DNA of 64,000 nucleotides, taken from NCBI RefSeq assembly GCF_004010195.1, contig NC_057719.1:91867077-91931076 (forward strand). Reading direction: 5' to 3'. The notes under the pieces are model-generated. The model was not told the DNA's origin. It ran no database searches and saw only the letters and a program-made list of their open reading frames with translations. A program made the translations under genes and the position numbers. Within the stretch, counting starts at the first letter, position 1; each line of letters opens with the position of its first letter. The DNA comes from Chiloscyllium plagiosum. Lineage: Eukaryota. Shown one piece after another: positions 41,301 through 54,202 of this stretch.

Positions 41301-42104
41301 CGATGTTGGGGGGGGGGGGGATGGGGTGGGAGCAGGAAGTTTCTTTTGCACCCAACGTGGACCTTTCGCCCTCAACGTGTTATGAGCAACAGCCCGGCGC
41401 TATGTCAATGCAGGGCCTCCCCTGTGAGACTCAGACAAAGCCCCTTTCTGGGTTCACTGTACATTTGTGCATGGGAGACTGCTTTGGTATTAATATGAGT
41501 TTTGGAGGGTTGGGTTGTTTTTGTTTGGTGAGGGGGGGGTAACCAGGTGGGCGGAGGAGTGGTTTCTCTATGTGGCACTGTTCAAAGATGCATGAAGGTC
41601 CCCTGCCCATACTACAAGCACCTGATTTGCAGGCAGATTGACTGCAGTGAACTGGGCAAGGGGAGCTGTTTCCTTTTAAGGGGTTGGGAGTATTTGGATT
41701 GGAAAGAGGGTGGAGGACAGGCTGGGGAAACTTGCACTGCGTGCTTTGCAACTTCCTCTGCCCTCTCCAGGCTGCTCTCGTTGTGTTCATTGCTGCGTTA
41801 ACTCTTTGTTTTCACTCTCTGTCAGTGAATATCACAGCATCGGGGGATGTGGGCACCCAGTGAGCTGGGAGTTGAAGGAGATACACAGGGGGAGGCTCTG
41901 GGGGGGGCGGGGGTACACGGTATCTCTTCCCCCCACCCCCCCCTCCCCTCCTCGGGTCTGGAGCTGTTCTAGGGCCCCCCTTACCCAAGAGTCTGGGGGA
42001 GATACATGAGGATGGGGGGGATGCTCTTTCCCGATATCTTGGGGGGGGGGGGTGGTGAGGGACACCATGCCCAGATGTGGGGGTGGGCACACTGGGCACT
42101 ATGG

Positions 42105-44240
42105 GAAGAGCCAAGGAAATTTGGCAAATTGGATCTGCGATTGGCTGAGTGTCAGGAAGCAGAGGGTGACGGTTGAGGGTTCCCCCTCACCCTGATGGGA
42201 AGTCTTTGTGGAGTGCAGTCCCTCAGTGGTCAGTGTTGTTGCCTTTGCTGTTTTGTGGTTTTGAGCAGTTCAGAGACTTAAGCATCACAAGGTTGATCAG
42301 TAAGTTTGCAGATGACAATTGGCGGGTGGTAAATAGTAGAAAGGTATAGATGTGCCGATCAGAGATAAATTGATTCAATCTGAATAAGTGTGGGGTGATG
42401 CACTTTGGGACCAACCTGATGAACTGGAGCACCCTGGGAAGCACAGAGGATCATGGGAACCTTAGTGTGCATTTACTCTGGTCCCTTAAGGTATCAGTAC
42501 AGGTGGGTAATTGAATTAAACATCCTTCATAGTCACTTGTACTTCAGTACAAGAGTACAGTGAGAAGTTTTTACAGTGGCTGCCTTTTAATGGCGCCGTC
42601 TAGTTGGATAGAGTGGTTAAGAGGGCAGATGGTAGACCTGCCTTTATTAGTTGAGGCGGCATGTAGGGAGACTTTGCTGACGCTGTATAAAACATTGCTT
42701 AGGTCGGAGTGTCATGTGAAGGGCACCTGATAAAGGGCTCTGGCCCGAAACGTCGGTTTTCCTGCTCCTCGGGTGGTGCCTGACCTGTGCTTTTCCAGCA
42801 GCACTCTAATCTAGACACAGAGTATCATGTGCAGTTTTGGAACCTTTCTCAGCATTTTGGCTAAGATCAAGTGTAGTACCTGTTCTTATTAGTTTAATAT
42901 TTGGTACGTCCCTTATCTGGGGACCATTGATTTTTGGATACCACAGGGAGGCGTTTGCCTAGTGGTGTTATCACTAAACTATTAATCTAGAGACCCAGGT
43001 ATGTTCTGAGGACTCAGGTTTAAATGTGCCACAGCTGATGGTGGAGTCATAGAGATGTATTGCTCTGAAACAGACCCCTCTGTCCAACTCATCCATGCCA
43101 ACCAGATATCCTAAATTGGTCTGATCAAAATTTGAATTTAATAAAAATTTGGAATTGAGAGTGCAGTGATGACCATGAATCCATTCTCGATGGTCGGAAA
43201 ATCCCATCTGGTTCATTAGGAGACTCTTGTGGCACCGTGCTGGTATCCCCAATCTCTGAGGATCGGAGTTCAAATCTCACCTGATCCAGAGGTGTACGAT
43301 AACAGTTCTGATTGGGTTGGTTCGAAAGTTTGGGAATCCACCTTATTGGAGGGATGTGATAGCACTGGAGAGGCTGCAGAGGGGATTTACCAGGATGTTG
43401 CCTGGGCTGGAGAGTTTCGGGTATGAAGAGCGATTGGATAGATTCAAATTGTTTTCCTTAGAGCTGAGGGGATATATAAAGTTATAAAGGGCATAGATAG
43501 GATGGACAGAAACCTTCCCTTTAATGGGGGAATCAGTGACCAAGGGCGTAGATTTAATGTAAGGGGCGGAAAGTTGAGAGGAGTTGTGAAACTTGAAAGG
43601 GTTCAGAAAAGATTTACAAGAATGTTGCCAGTGTTGGAAGATTTGAGCTATAGAGAGAGGCTGAACAGACTGGGGCTGTTTTCCCTGGAGTGTTGGAGGC
43701 TGAGGGGTGACCTTTATAGAGGTTTATAAAATCATGAGGCTCATGGATAGAGTAAATAGACAAGTTCTTTTCCCTGGGGTGAGTTAGTGCAGAACCAGAG
43801 GGCGTAGGTTTAGGGTGAGAGGGGAAAGATATAAAAGAGACCTAAGGGGCAACTTTTTCACACCGAGGATGGAATGAGCTGCCAGAGGAAGTGGTGGAGG
43901 CTGGTACAATTGCAACATTTAAAAGGGATCTGGATGGGTATATGAATAGGAAGGGTTCGGAGGGATATGGGCCGGGTGCTGGCAGGTGGGACTAGATTGG
44001 GTTGGGATATCTGGTCGGCGTGGACGGGTTGGACTGAAGGGCCTGTTTCTGTGCTGTACATCTCTGTGACTCTATATGAGGAAACACTTGTTCACCAGAA
44101 CATGATGGGATCTGGAACTTGCTGACTGAAAGGCTTGTGGAGGCAGAAACCCTCATAATATTGCAGAAGTACTGAGATTAGAATAGTTAGGCATGGACAC
44201 AGTGGGTCAAAGGGCTTTCTTCTGTGCTGTAGATCTCTGT
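42105..44240 (+). mobile_element. Decayed CR1 LINE hosting several nested insertions (pLTR, U2 fragment, SINEs, younger CR1 3' end)
   Basis: KFADD (~42302), CVQFW (~42828) resuming as DVIALERLQ..FTRMLP (~43352), and a younger CR1 at ~43582-44075. Confidence 0.8.
42841..42939 (+). pseudogene. U2 snRNA 5' fragment (3'-truncated pseudogene)
   Basis: TTCTC..TTTTGGCTAAGATCAAGTGTAGTA.CTGTTCTTAT.AGTTTAATAT.TG.TACGTCC...GGAC matches U2 from about nt 1 to 85, including the branch-point pairing GTAGTA. The Sm site GATTTTTGG follows after a short deletion. The 3' stem-loops are absent and the fragment is embedded in a CR1 copy. Confidence 0.88.
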
Positions 44241-45916
44241 GACTCCCTGCCCAGTGAGGGATAGATACACAGGACATCGTGCCCAAGGTCTAGGACAGGC
44301 ACACACAGGGCACCTTGCCCACCTCTGTTTAATGTCACTACCGGAAGAGGGCACCTCTGTCTTCTGCACATCCTCACCACAACACTAAACCCTAAGCCCT
44401 GCATTCGTGCAGGCGCACTCTTTGTAACTCTGACATCAAATCTGAACCTCTCTGATGTTTCTTCTTTGCTCTGGGTATGTGGAGATCATTCAGGAAGGAT
44501 GTGAATGTCCTGTGACAACTGTAGCAGCAAAAAAAGATTTGCACAGAATTTGAGATGGAAAATGGCAATTCCGATCATTGCCAGAAAAACAAACCTTGAA
44601 GAAGAACGCTGCATTAATGCTGTGGTCCGGAATGCACTGTTGGAAGGGGAAGCAGATTCAGCCGCAAATTTCAAAAGGAATTGGATAATTTCTTTGATGG
44701 AAGAAGATTTGTGTGGCTATGGGAAGCAATCAGATGTTGAGATGAATGGATGGCTCTCTCTTTTTAAAAAAAGCACAGGAACAATGGGACAAAATCTTCG
44801 GTGCTGAATCACTTCGTTATTGGAATATTCTCACATTGTGCTTGGTCCTTGAGCCTGCTCAAGTACTCAGTAATATCATGGCTGATCCATATTCCTACCT
44901 CGACCCCCCCCCCACCCCTTGCCTTTGCGCCCCCCAAACCCCAGTAAATACCAGTCTCAACTGTGCAACCTTTTGTCACAAGCAGTGATGGGGCGGCCCA
45001 TTCCGCTGTGCTTGAGTCAAGAGGGCCTGAATCAGACTGGCACCACAGCCTGCAATTTCTTCTCCTAGGCCCAGCTCGTAAGATAACCACCCACTCTTTT
45101 TCCAGGCTTTAGTCTGGTAAACCTCTGGAATACTTGTATTTACTCTTTATTTAAATCAGGAGACCAACAGTGTCCACCTTACTCCAGATGTGGTCTTGCC
45201 AATGTCTAGTGTAAGTGAAGCACAAACTCTTGCATTCAGTCCCCCTTCACAATTAAACATGATGTTCTATTAGCTTGTCTGATTACTTGCTGTACCTGCA
45301 TCCTACTGTGCTTCATGCACTCTGCAAAGCTCTGCAATCCTTCACCATTTTAAGAACATGCTTCTTTTTTATCCTACCTGCCAAAATGGACATTTTCACA
45401 TATTGATCTCTATTTTCCAATTTAGTTGAACCTTTCCTGGATCGAGAGAGTTTTGGACAATTAAAATCGATGCATTAACTATCTCTCTAATCACTTCTTT
45501 TAAAGCTGAAGTCCATCACATGTCCAACAAGACATTGTTAGCCCACAGCTCGCAACAATTTGCTGAACCCCACTTACTCAATTGTACTTCTTTCTGACTC
45601 CCTCCTTCCCTTCCATTTCTGAACATGTATCCTCTGCAGTGGAGACCAATGCAAAATCCCTATTCATCTGCAATCTCCTTATTTTCCATTATTAATTCCT
45701 CATACTCATATTTTGTGTTTAGGACCAATTTCTTCCTTTTTGGATATTGATAGAAATTCTTACCACCTGTTCTTTTAAATTTAAGGCAACATTACTTTGT
45801 GTGTTCTAGTTTTTCCTTCATTACTCTTTCTGATTAATTTTTTTCATGTTCCGTCCAGTCTTCTGATCTGCTACCCACCCTTGGGCCCTATGCTTTCTCT
45901 CTTTAAATTTGACACT

Positions 45917-46178
45917 ACATTCCCTACAGTGTGGAAACAGCTCCTTCGGCCCGACAAGTCCACACCGACCCTCCGAAGAGTAGTCTACCCAGACTCATTT
46001 CCCTCCGACTAATGCACCAATGGGGCAATTTAGCCTGGGCAATTCACCTGACCTGCACATCTTTGGGCTGTGGGAGGAAACCGGAGCACCCGGAGGAAAC
46101 CCACGCAGACACTGGGAGAATGTGCAAACTCCGCACAGACAGTCGACCGAAGCTGGAATCGAGCCACCGTGCCGCCCC
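45917..46178 (-). mobile_element. HE1-type V-SINE
   Basis: Reverse-complement HE1. Confidence 0.85.
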
Positions 46179-46429
46179 ACGTCTTTAGTTAGTCCCAAGT
46201 GGTGACTCCAGCCAATCAGATGTTTGTTTCTCATTGCAATCTACCAATTCGATGTATTCTGAAATGTCCCTCAATGTCTGCCACTGCATCTCTATTGACC
46301 TTTCCGTTAATCTAATTTGCCAGTATACTTTAGCTGGATCTGCTTTACTTTCAAAACACTAGTTTTGCACCCACTCCTCTGTCTGTCAAATGGTATGTAA
46401 AATTCAATCACAATATGACCACCCCTCCA

Positions 46430-46835
46430 GGAGAATGAGGACTGCAGATGCTGGAGATCAGAGTCGAAGAGTGAGGTGCTGGAAAAGCACAGCAGGTCAC
46501 GCAGCATCCGAGGAGCAGGAGAATCGACGTTTCGGGCATAAGCCCTTTATCAGGAATGAGGCTTGTGGGGTGGGGAGGCTGAGAGAGAACTAGGAGGGGA
46601 GTGGGGTTGGAGGGGGGAGGTAGCTGAGAATGCGATAGGTGCATGAAGGTGATAGGTCAGAGAGGAGGATGGAGCGGATAGGTGGAAAGGTGATGGACAG
46701 GTCGGGAGGGCGGTACTGAGTTGGAGGCTTGGGACTGGGATAAGGTTGTTGGTGGTGGGGGGGGTAAAATAAGGAAACTGGTGAAATCCACATTGATCCC
46801 ATGTTGTTGCAGAGTCCTAAGGCAGAATTTAAGTG
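46430..46835 (-). mobile_element. Penelope 3' end with pLTR
   Basis: Same sequence as 11917-12350, including the hammerhead-like core on the minus strand at ~46525-46555. Confidence 0.8.
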
Positions 46836-47422
46836 TTCATGTCACAAACCCTATTGAATTTATTAGTGGTTACTTTATGTTCAAGGCACCCAATTTTTGA
46901 TTCCCGCAAGCGGGTAAATATTTTCAACATCTACCTGATAAAATGGTGAAAGGATTTTAAGACTCTCTGTCAGGTCACCCTCTGGCCTTCTGCTTTCTCC
47001 AGGAAGGAATCTGAAATGGCTCAGCCTTCACAAATAAGTATATCCTTTTACTTCTGCTGTCATCCTTATCAATCTTTTCTATGCTCGTCCAAGTGCCTCT
47101 ATATCCTTCCAGCAATAGAGAGATCAGAACTGCGCTTCGACTGTGGTCTAACCAAGGTTCAGGACAAGTTTATCATAACTTCACTGTAATAATTCAGGAG
47201 TGTAAACATCAGCTGAACGAATGCATCTGGGCTTTCTGAAACATGAGGTGGGAGAGTGAGTGACTCATTCCTCCGTATGGTCAGCAAGCAGGCAACTAGC
47301 AGCATTCCTGTCATCGTTGGTCAGCCTCAATGCAATGGAACTGCAATAGATACATGTGGATAGAATATCACAAGCACCTTTAAAAGGATTATCTCATTTT
47401 GCAGTGTTTCACTGTGTTGTTT

Positions 47423-47950
47423 CTGTGTGTGTGTGTGTCTCTCTCTCTCTCTGTCTCTCTCTCTCTGTCTCTCTNNNNNNNNNNNNNNNNNNNNNNNNNN
47501 NNNNTCTGTGTCTCTCTCTCTCTGTGTCTCTCTCTCTCTGTGTCTCTCTCTCTCTGTGTCTCTCTCTCTCTGTGTCTCTCTCTCTCTGTGTCTCTCTCTC
47601 TCTGTGTCTCTCTCTCTCTGTGTCTCTCTCTCTCTGTGTCTCTCTCTCTCTGTGTCTCTCTCTCTCTGTGTCTCTCTCTCTCTGTGTCTCTCTCTCTCTG
47701 TGTCTCTCTCTCTCTGTGTCTCTCTCTCTCTGTGTCTCTCTCTCTCTGTGTCTCTCTCTCTCTGTGTCTCTCTCTCTCTGTGTCTCTCTCTCTCTGTGTC
47801 TCTCTCTCTCTGTGTCTCTCTCTCTCTGTGTCTCTCTCTCTCTGTGTCTCTCTCTCTCTGTGTCTCTCTCTCTCTGTGTCTCTCTCTCTCTGTGTCTCTC
47901 TCTCTCTGTGTCTCTCTCTCTCTGTGTCTCTCTCTCTCTGTGTCTCTGTG
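47423..47950. repeat. (CT)n/(GT)n compound microsatellite with a 16-bp higher-order unit TCTCTCTCTCTCTGTG; 30-N gap at 47475-47504
   Basis: Direct reading of the sequence. Confidence 0.97.
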
Positions 47951-48189
47951 CTGCCTATGCTTTCACAAGATGTACAGATCCTTTGGAAGGGTTTTCTGAA
48001 TCGTATTCAGCCCATCAATCTTTAGTTTTGTTGTGTCAATTGGGTCCTTGGTGTTCTTGCTGGAGGTGAAAATTATTCAGTTTCTCAAGTGACATACACC
48101 GGTGTGGGGTAGGAGGATGCAGCTTGTCATTTTAAATGAGACTTCAAACCAAGGCACCGCCAACCCCTGAGATGACTATAAGCACTCTG

Positions 48190-48440
48190 TGTAGAGGTAG
48201 GGTGTCCGTCCTGGGGTTCTGGTCAATATTTCCCCCTCGATTGACATCGCTGAGATCTGATTGCCTGGCTGTTGTGCTGTTTGTAGATGGTTGTATGTGG
48301 ATTCGATACCATGTTTCCTGCCTTTTAGAGAAGGGACAGGTTTGTTTCTTTCAGAAATATCTTACTAACTGTAAATGCTTGGGATGTGCCAGGTTCTATT
48401 TGGAGGGAGATGGTTTCTACGGCTGTGACAAAGTGTAAGT
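48190..48440 (+). mobile_element. Deu-domain SINE (diverged)
   Basis: CCTGGGGTTCTGGTCAATATTT.CCCCTC..TTCAGAAATA..CTGTAAATGCTTGGGATG resembles the Deu-domain and tail. Confidence 0.55.
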
Positions 48441-49289
48441 CGAGGTTTAGCGGTTGTTGAGCATCAGAGGCTAAAAGGTTGATTGGACAAAGTGCAGGCT
48501 CATACCTTTCCAGGCAAAGGTTTGTTCCAGTTTGTACAATGCCAGTTCCCTATATATTGCACCCAGTCATTAACCATTGTGTGTTCCATTGGGTCTTGGC
48601 CATCCCTGCTAGACCCTAGTAGCAAAACTCGCTGTTGAGTCAGACGGTTGTAGGTTCGAAGCCCGGCCCGTAACCAGTTTCGTGATCTTCCGTTAGGCGT
48701 AATGGTACCCAGCTGGGTAGCAGGTTGGCTGAAACCTGGAAGACCCGATCACACTTTTTTCCAGAGATGGTCCAAGGGCTTTTGTCTATTCTTCACAGTG
48801 CAGCTGACTTGTGAGGTGACTTCTGCTGGTGCCCACAAACTCTGCTCTGAATAGGGCTTTTTGAGGTGCCCAGCAATGTTTTGGTGAGGAATAAATGCGG
48901 AGCTTGACCACGCCTCCAGTTTGGAGCAGCAGGCAAAGTTTGTGCAATAATGCACCTCCGCAGACACAGCCTTGAGTTCAACGCCTGTGCCTCTGATGCA
49001 GGCAGAGAGTGGCAATTCATTGACATTAATTGTCCAGTAACTTTCAGGCACTGTGTGCAGGGAAAGGTGGTTGCAGGGGTGGAAATTTAAAAAAAAAAGT
49101 AACTTTGTAAGAAGACGCGTTTTTGCCATTTTCTTTGACATTTTTTATTCACTAATTAAAGGAAACTTGTTTGGAGGTTTCTTTTGATTGGACCCAGGAA
49201 GTCATATGATGCAACCTTTATGAATGCAGCTACTATTGAGATTTGGGGCTGCTTTTGTTGCATTGTATTTTAATCATGATATTTGCTGT

Positions 49290-49710
49290 ACGTACGGTGT
49301 CAGTCATGGCCCAGTCCTACCCTCTGAGTCACAGAGTTGTGGCTTCACGTGCCACTCTGTCGCGGCCAATGATCTGAGCTGGCAGCCAGAGTACAGTACT
49401 GGTGGGAGCGTTGCAGTATCGATGTGAGATGGACATGGTTTCAAGTGAGATGTGAAACCAAGGCCCCCAGCTGCAACCTCAGGAGAGATGTAAAGTGATG
49501 CTCAGTCACCCTTTGGGAAAGGCAGCAGGGTGGTTCCCACAGCCCCCCTATGTACTGTACATCGGTATCCTCGGGCCAGTATTCATTCCTGAACCAACAT
49601 GACCGATAACGGACGATGTGGCTTGGCCCACGTGTTGCGACGACCCCTTTCTTGAGAAAGTATTGTGTTAGCTGTTGTGAAAGGTGCTACATAAACACAA
49701 GTCCCTTGTT
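49290..49710 (+). mobile_element. Deu-domain SINE (diverged, with head)
   Basis: CCTCTGAGTCA.AG.GTTGTGG.TTCA head, GGTATCCTCGGGCCAGTATT Deu-like core and GTGAAAGGTGCTACATAAA tail. Confidence 0.55.
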
Positions 49711-51136
49711 TTTTTTGTTGCTGGTAGGAAATTGAGTTGCAGCACAGTTGTGAAATCTAGCTGCGGTGTGTGGATTTGTGTTGAACTGGGTAGATCCCTC
49801 GAAGGCTATTGGTTGGGACCTCGTTTGCAGGAGGCCACATCCTGATGTCGATGAGAGATTAATTTCTCTGGCTGAGGGGGATTTGTTGAGGTTCACGTTC
49901 TCTGTCTGAAGTGCAGGCCTGGTGAACGAGATCAGAAGGCCTTCTTCTTTTAAAAAGTATTTGTTTGTAAGTGGCGTGCTGCAGTTTCATGAATCAGGGT
50001 ATTAGGGGAATGGGAGTAGACTATTCGGCCCATCAAGCCTACCTCACCATTCAGTTAGATCATGCTTGATCTTCTACTCCATTTTACAAACTTCCATCCA
50101 TTTAGCCACAAAAAGGCAGTCATTCGCAGTAGTGAAGGCTTGCATTGCCTGCAGCTTTCTGAAGGGAGTTGAAGGTCTCCACTGCCTTTTAAGCAGGTGG
50201 CTCAGTGGTTAGCACTGCTGCCTCACAGCACCAGGGACTTGGGTTTGATTCCAGCCTTGGGTGAGTTTGCATGTCTTCCCAGTGTCTGTGTGGGTTTCCT
50301 CCCCACGGTCCAAAGATGTGCTGGTTAGTTGGATTGGCCATGCTCAAATAGCCTCACGGTGTAGCCATGGGAAATGCGGAGACATGGTTGGGGGCCCAGT
50401 CTGTGTGGGATGTTCTTTGGAGAGTTGGTACCACTTTCTGCTCCGTAAGGATTCTATGATCCTGTGAAGGAGGTGCCCGGAATATCCTAATTGGAAATTT
50501 CCGTGAATGGAAAAGGAAGAATAGAGTGACACTTGCATAGCACAACACCGTTTCTCAGAGATTGTTGAATACATTTTACCTAATACCTATTGCTGTGGGT
50601 GAGGTGGGGGTAGGAAAATCTAGCAATCCTGTTATGTGTAGTAAGGTCTTGGAAACAACTGTGATATGCCAGAGTAGTTGATCAGTTTTAATTTGAGTGA
50701 TAGTTGAGAGACAGATGCTGTTTGGATTTCTCCAATCCATTCCTTTTCCAGGATGAATTGAGTATTTACATCCACTTGACCAACCCAAGAATAGACCGGC
50801 TACCTGCAACTTGTGATTTCTTTATTAGTCCATGTACCGAATGCTGTGAACACCCTTGTTGAGACAGGTATCTTGAAGTTTGTTAGCAACATTAATAATG
50901 CAAGTTGATACGTTATCTCAGACTTCCATATGTAGTCTGATTTACTGTGCAAATTTAGATCTACATTACGTTCTGCACTTTGTTAACCTGAACTGTTTGT
51001 ACTGACGGACCACCAAGAGTAATACATAGATCTTTTATACGTTAGGAAAGATACTGTTAAACTTTTAAAATGGTTCAGAAAAGATTTACCCCCAAGGATG
51101 TCGCTGGGATTGGAGGGTTTGAGCTATAGGAAGAGG

Positions 51137-51430
51137 GCGGCACGGTGGCACAGTGGTTAGCACTGCTGCCTCACAGCGCCAGAGACCCGGGTTCAATTCC
51201 CGCCTCAGGCGACTGACTGTGTGGAGTTTGCACGTTCTCCCCGTGTCTGCGTGGGTTTCCTCCGGGTGCTCCGGTTTCCTCCCACAGTCCAAAGATGTGC
51301 AGGGTCAGGTGAATTGGCCATGTTAAATTGCCCGTAGAGTTAGGTGTAGGGGTGGGTTACTCTTCAGAGGGTCGGTGTGGACTTGTTGGGCCGAAGGGCC
51401 TGTTTCCACACTGTAAGTAATCCAATCTAA
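51137..51430 (+). mobile_element. HE1-type V-SINE inserted in a CR1 3' fragment (51040-51790)
   Basis: Full-length HE1 flanked by the target duplication AAGAGG (51131-51136 and 51431-51436). Confidence 0.92.
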
Positions 51431-52293
51431 AAGAGGCTGAATCGGCTGGAGCATTGGAAGATGAGGGGTGACCTTCGTAGAGGTTTATAAAATGAGAGGT
51501 ATGGATAGGGTGAATAGCGAAGATCTTTTCCCCAGGGTAGGGCAGTCCAAAACTAGAGGGTGTAGAATTAAGGTGAGAGGAGAAAGATTTAAAAGGGACC
51601 CCAGGGGCAGCCTTTTCACACAGAGGGTGGTGTGTGTGTGGAATGAGCTGTCAGCGGAGGTGGTGGAGGTGGGTACAATTACAAAGCCATCTGGATGGGT
51701 ATATGAATAGGAAGGGTTTAGGGGGATAGGAGCCAAGTTCTAACAAATGGGGCTAGATCAGTTTAGACTATCTGGTCGGCACAGATGAGTTGGCCTACTT
51801 GCATCCTGTATAAATCTGAGTCTCTGATATGTCCTGATGCTGTCTAGCTGCCTTGAAGGTATGGTGCTTACCTGAGATCCATGCAATAGTACAACAGCCC
51901 CTGGTTGCACTAAATTAACTGGAATGGTGATCCTTCGAGCCAAAGCTGTAGTCACTCAGCGATGCACTGAACTGTTAGGCAAGCTTCCAAGAACACTGAA
52001 ATCCCAAGTTTTCTGACTTCTGGACGAGCGTGTTACCAATTGTACCATGGAGGCAAATATTATTGTAGCTGTAGGGGTGGCATGTGCCAGTTTGATACTT
52101 GCATGTGAGACACCTGGAGGTGGCTAGATACAAGGTCTCCAGTGGTGTTGCTCATGCTCTGTGTGTTTTTGGTCCTGATTTAAGGATGGGACTGTGCATT
52201 GCTCAAAGATATTCAGCAACAACGTCTGTTTTGAGGATACAGGCTCTTAATTGCACCAGGAACAGCCGTGGGCATATGCCTGTGCCTGAGCTC

Positions 52294-52450
52294 TAGCAGG
52301 TCAGGCAGCATCCAAGGAGCAGGAGAATCGACGTTTCGAGCCCAAAATGTCGATTCCCCTGCTCCCTGGATGCTGCCTGACCTGCCGCGCTTTTCCAGCA
52401 ACACACTTTTCCGCTCTGATCTCCAGCATCTGCAGCCCTCACTTTTTCTC
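52294..52450. mobile_element. Inverted-repeat Penelope pLTR mini-element
   Basis: GCAGGTCAGGCAGCATCCA.GGAGCAGG.GAATCGAC...GTCGATTC.CCTGCTCC.TGGATGCTGCCTGACCTGC. Confidence 0.8.
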
Positions 52451-53185
52451 CTGAGCTCTAACAATACATCCCAGGTTGCTGCACAAGAGTGACAGAAAGC
52501 ATTGTGAAGGAGATAGCAGGACAGACGGCCAAAGCATGATTAAAAAGCGGGAGGTTTCAAGAGTGGGGTTGGGAGAGCTGGAGTTTGGGGGAGGGAATTT
52601 CAAAGCTAAAAGCCGAGGCAGCTAAAGGTACATCTGCTGGTGGCTGGACAGCTAAATCCCAGGCTGCTCAGGAGACCAGGTTTGGAAGAGCATGGAGATT
52701 CGGCCAGGTGGTGGGGCTGGGAGGGGTCAGAGCTGGGGAGGGCAAGACCATGGAGGTGTTTGAACGAGAGGAGACTAATTCAGAAATGGAGCCATTGCTT
52801 CAGCGGGATAAGCTGGCACGTGTGGGGTCGCCCCCTGTTGTTTGCTACTTAACAAAGAACCTGCACGTGGAGCTGTTTAACGCGGGGAGGGTGTCGTTCT
52901 GCGGCTACACAAGCGTCTGGCTGTACCAGGAAACACTCCTGCTGTGGGTCAGAAAGACTGATCGTCGACCTACTCTTCGGCATTGTGACTGGTGGGACTT
53001 GGAAGCGAGAGTTTCAGCTCCTGAACCGGGGATGGTAACACCAGCACCCCTTCAGTGAACGTGGCTGGGTGAAAGGGAGGCAGTAAGTAAAACTGGTCTT
53101 TCCAAGTTTGGTTTGGCCAGGAAGGTTTGCAACTCTGAAGATGTTTGACACTTTCATGCTGGATCTTGGAAGAATGGAATCTCTT

Positions 53186-53477
53186 GGATTCCCTACAGTG
53201 TGGAAACAGGTCCACACTGACCATCCAAAGAGTAACCCACCCAGTCCCATTTACCCCTGACTAATGCACCTTACATTATGGGCAATTTAGCACGGCCACT
53301 TCACCCTGACCTGCACATCTTTGGGCTGTGGGAGGAAACCGGAGCACCCGGAGGAAACCCACGCAGACACGGGGAGAATGTGCAAACTCCACACAGACAT
53401 TCGCCTGAGGCTGGAATCGAACCTGGATCCCTGGTGCTGTGAGGCAGCAGTGCTAACCACTGAGCCACAATGCCACC
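53186..53477 (-). mobile_element. HE1-type V-SINE
   Basis: Reverse-complement HE1. Confidence 0.88.
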
Positions 53478-54202
53478 CTTTGTTGCCCTTTGAATTCAAA
53501 AACAAAGAGACACATTCAGAGTATGTGGGCTTTACATTTATTGCCTATTTCTAACCAAATATGACGTGTTTGTATTTTGCTGCAATATATGATCAGTAAC
53601 GTTTATATATTGGATTACTGTCTCTTTCTTGAGGACAAGTACCATATACCACAAGATGTCTTATTTGTTGCTGAGGTTACATAATGTCCCTTTTAAGGCT
53701 GTCTGGAGTTGTAAGTGAAATGAAGCAGAGGCCACCCTATGTTCAGTTGCTTTGTCAGGAAGCTTTGCTGCATGACTTGTGCTTTGGGTAGAGATTCAAT
53801 TATCGGTTAACAGCACCCATTGTTTGAACGTGTCTATGTAATGTTATGTAACACCTGGGTTGCTGGCTAATGGAGGGCAAGGGGAGCTCCTGTATCTTGT
53901 TCACAGTGAGCTGGGAAACAATTTGCTTTATTCCGTGCAACATACAATGTGTTGTCGGGGCCACTGACTTGTGAAGACCAGCAGGGAGAAATGAGCTTTT
54001 TATAGCGTGGAATTGTAGGAATGTTTGTGGTATTTCTGGTGCTGAGTTGTACTGATTTGTTTGCATTTGCAGAGAAACTGTACACCAGTGGCTGGGATAA
54101 TTCTTACATATTTGTTGAACTGTGCAGTTAAGTTCTTTTTAAAAGCTGGAAAAAAAAGCATATCGTGTAAGGTGCAGAATGATAGGGCAGTCAGGATTGG
54201 AG

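Noticed and set aside
42841..42939. Functional U2 snRNA gene
   Set aside because: It lacks the 3' stem-loops, has substitutions and a deletion, shows no evident snRNA promoter context, and sits inside a LINE.
47356..48069. Long Leu/Ser/Cys/Val ORFs
   Set aside because: Translation of a CT/GT microsatellite that also spans an N gap.
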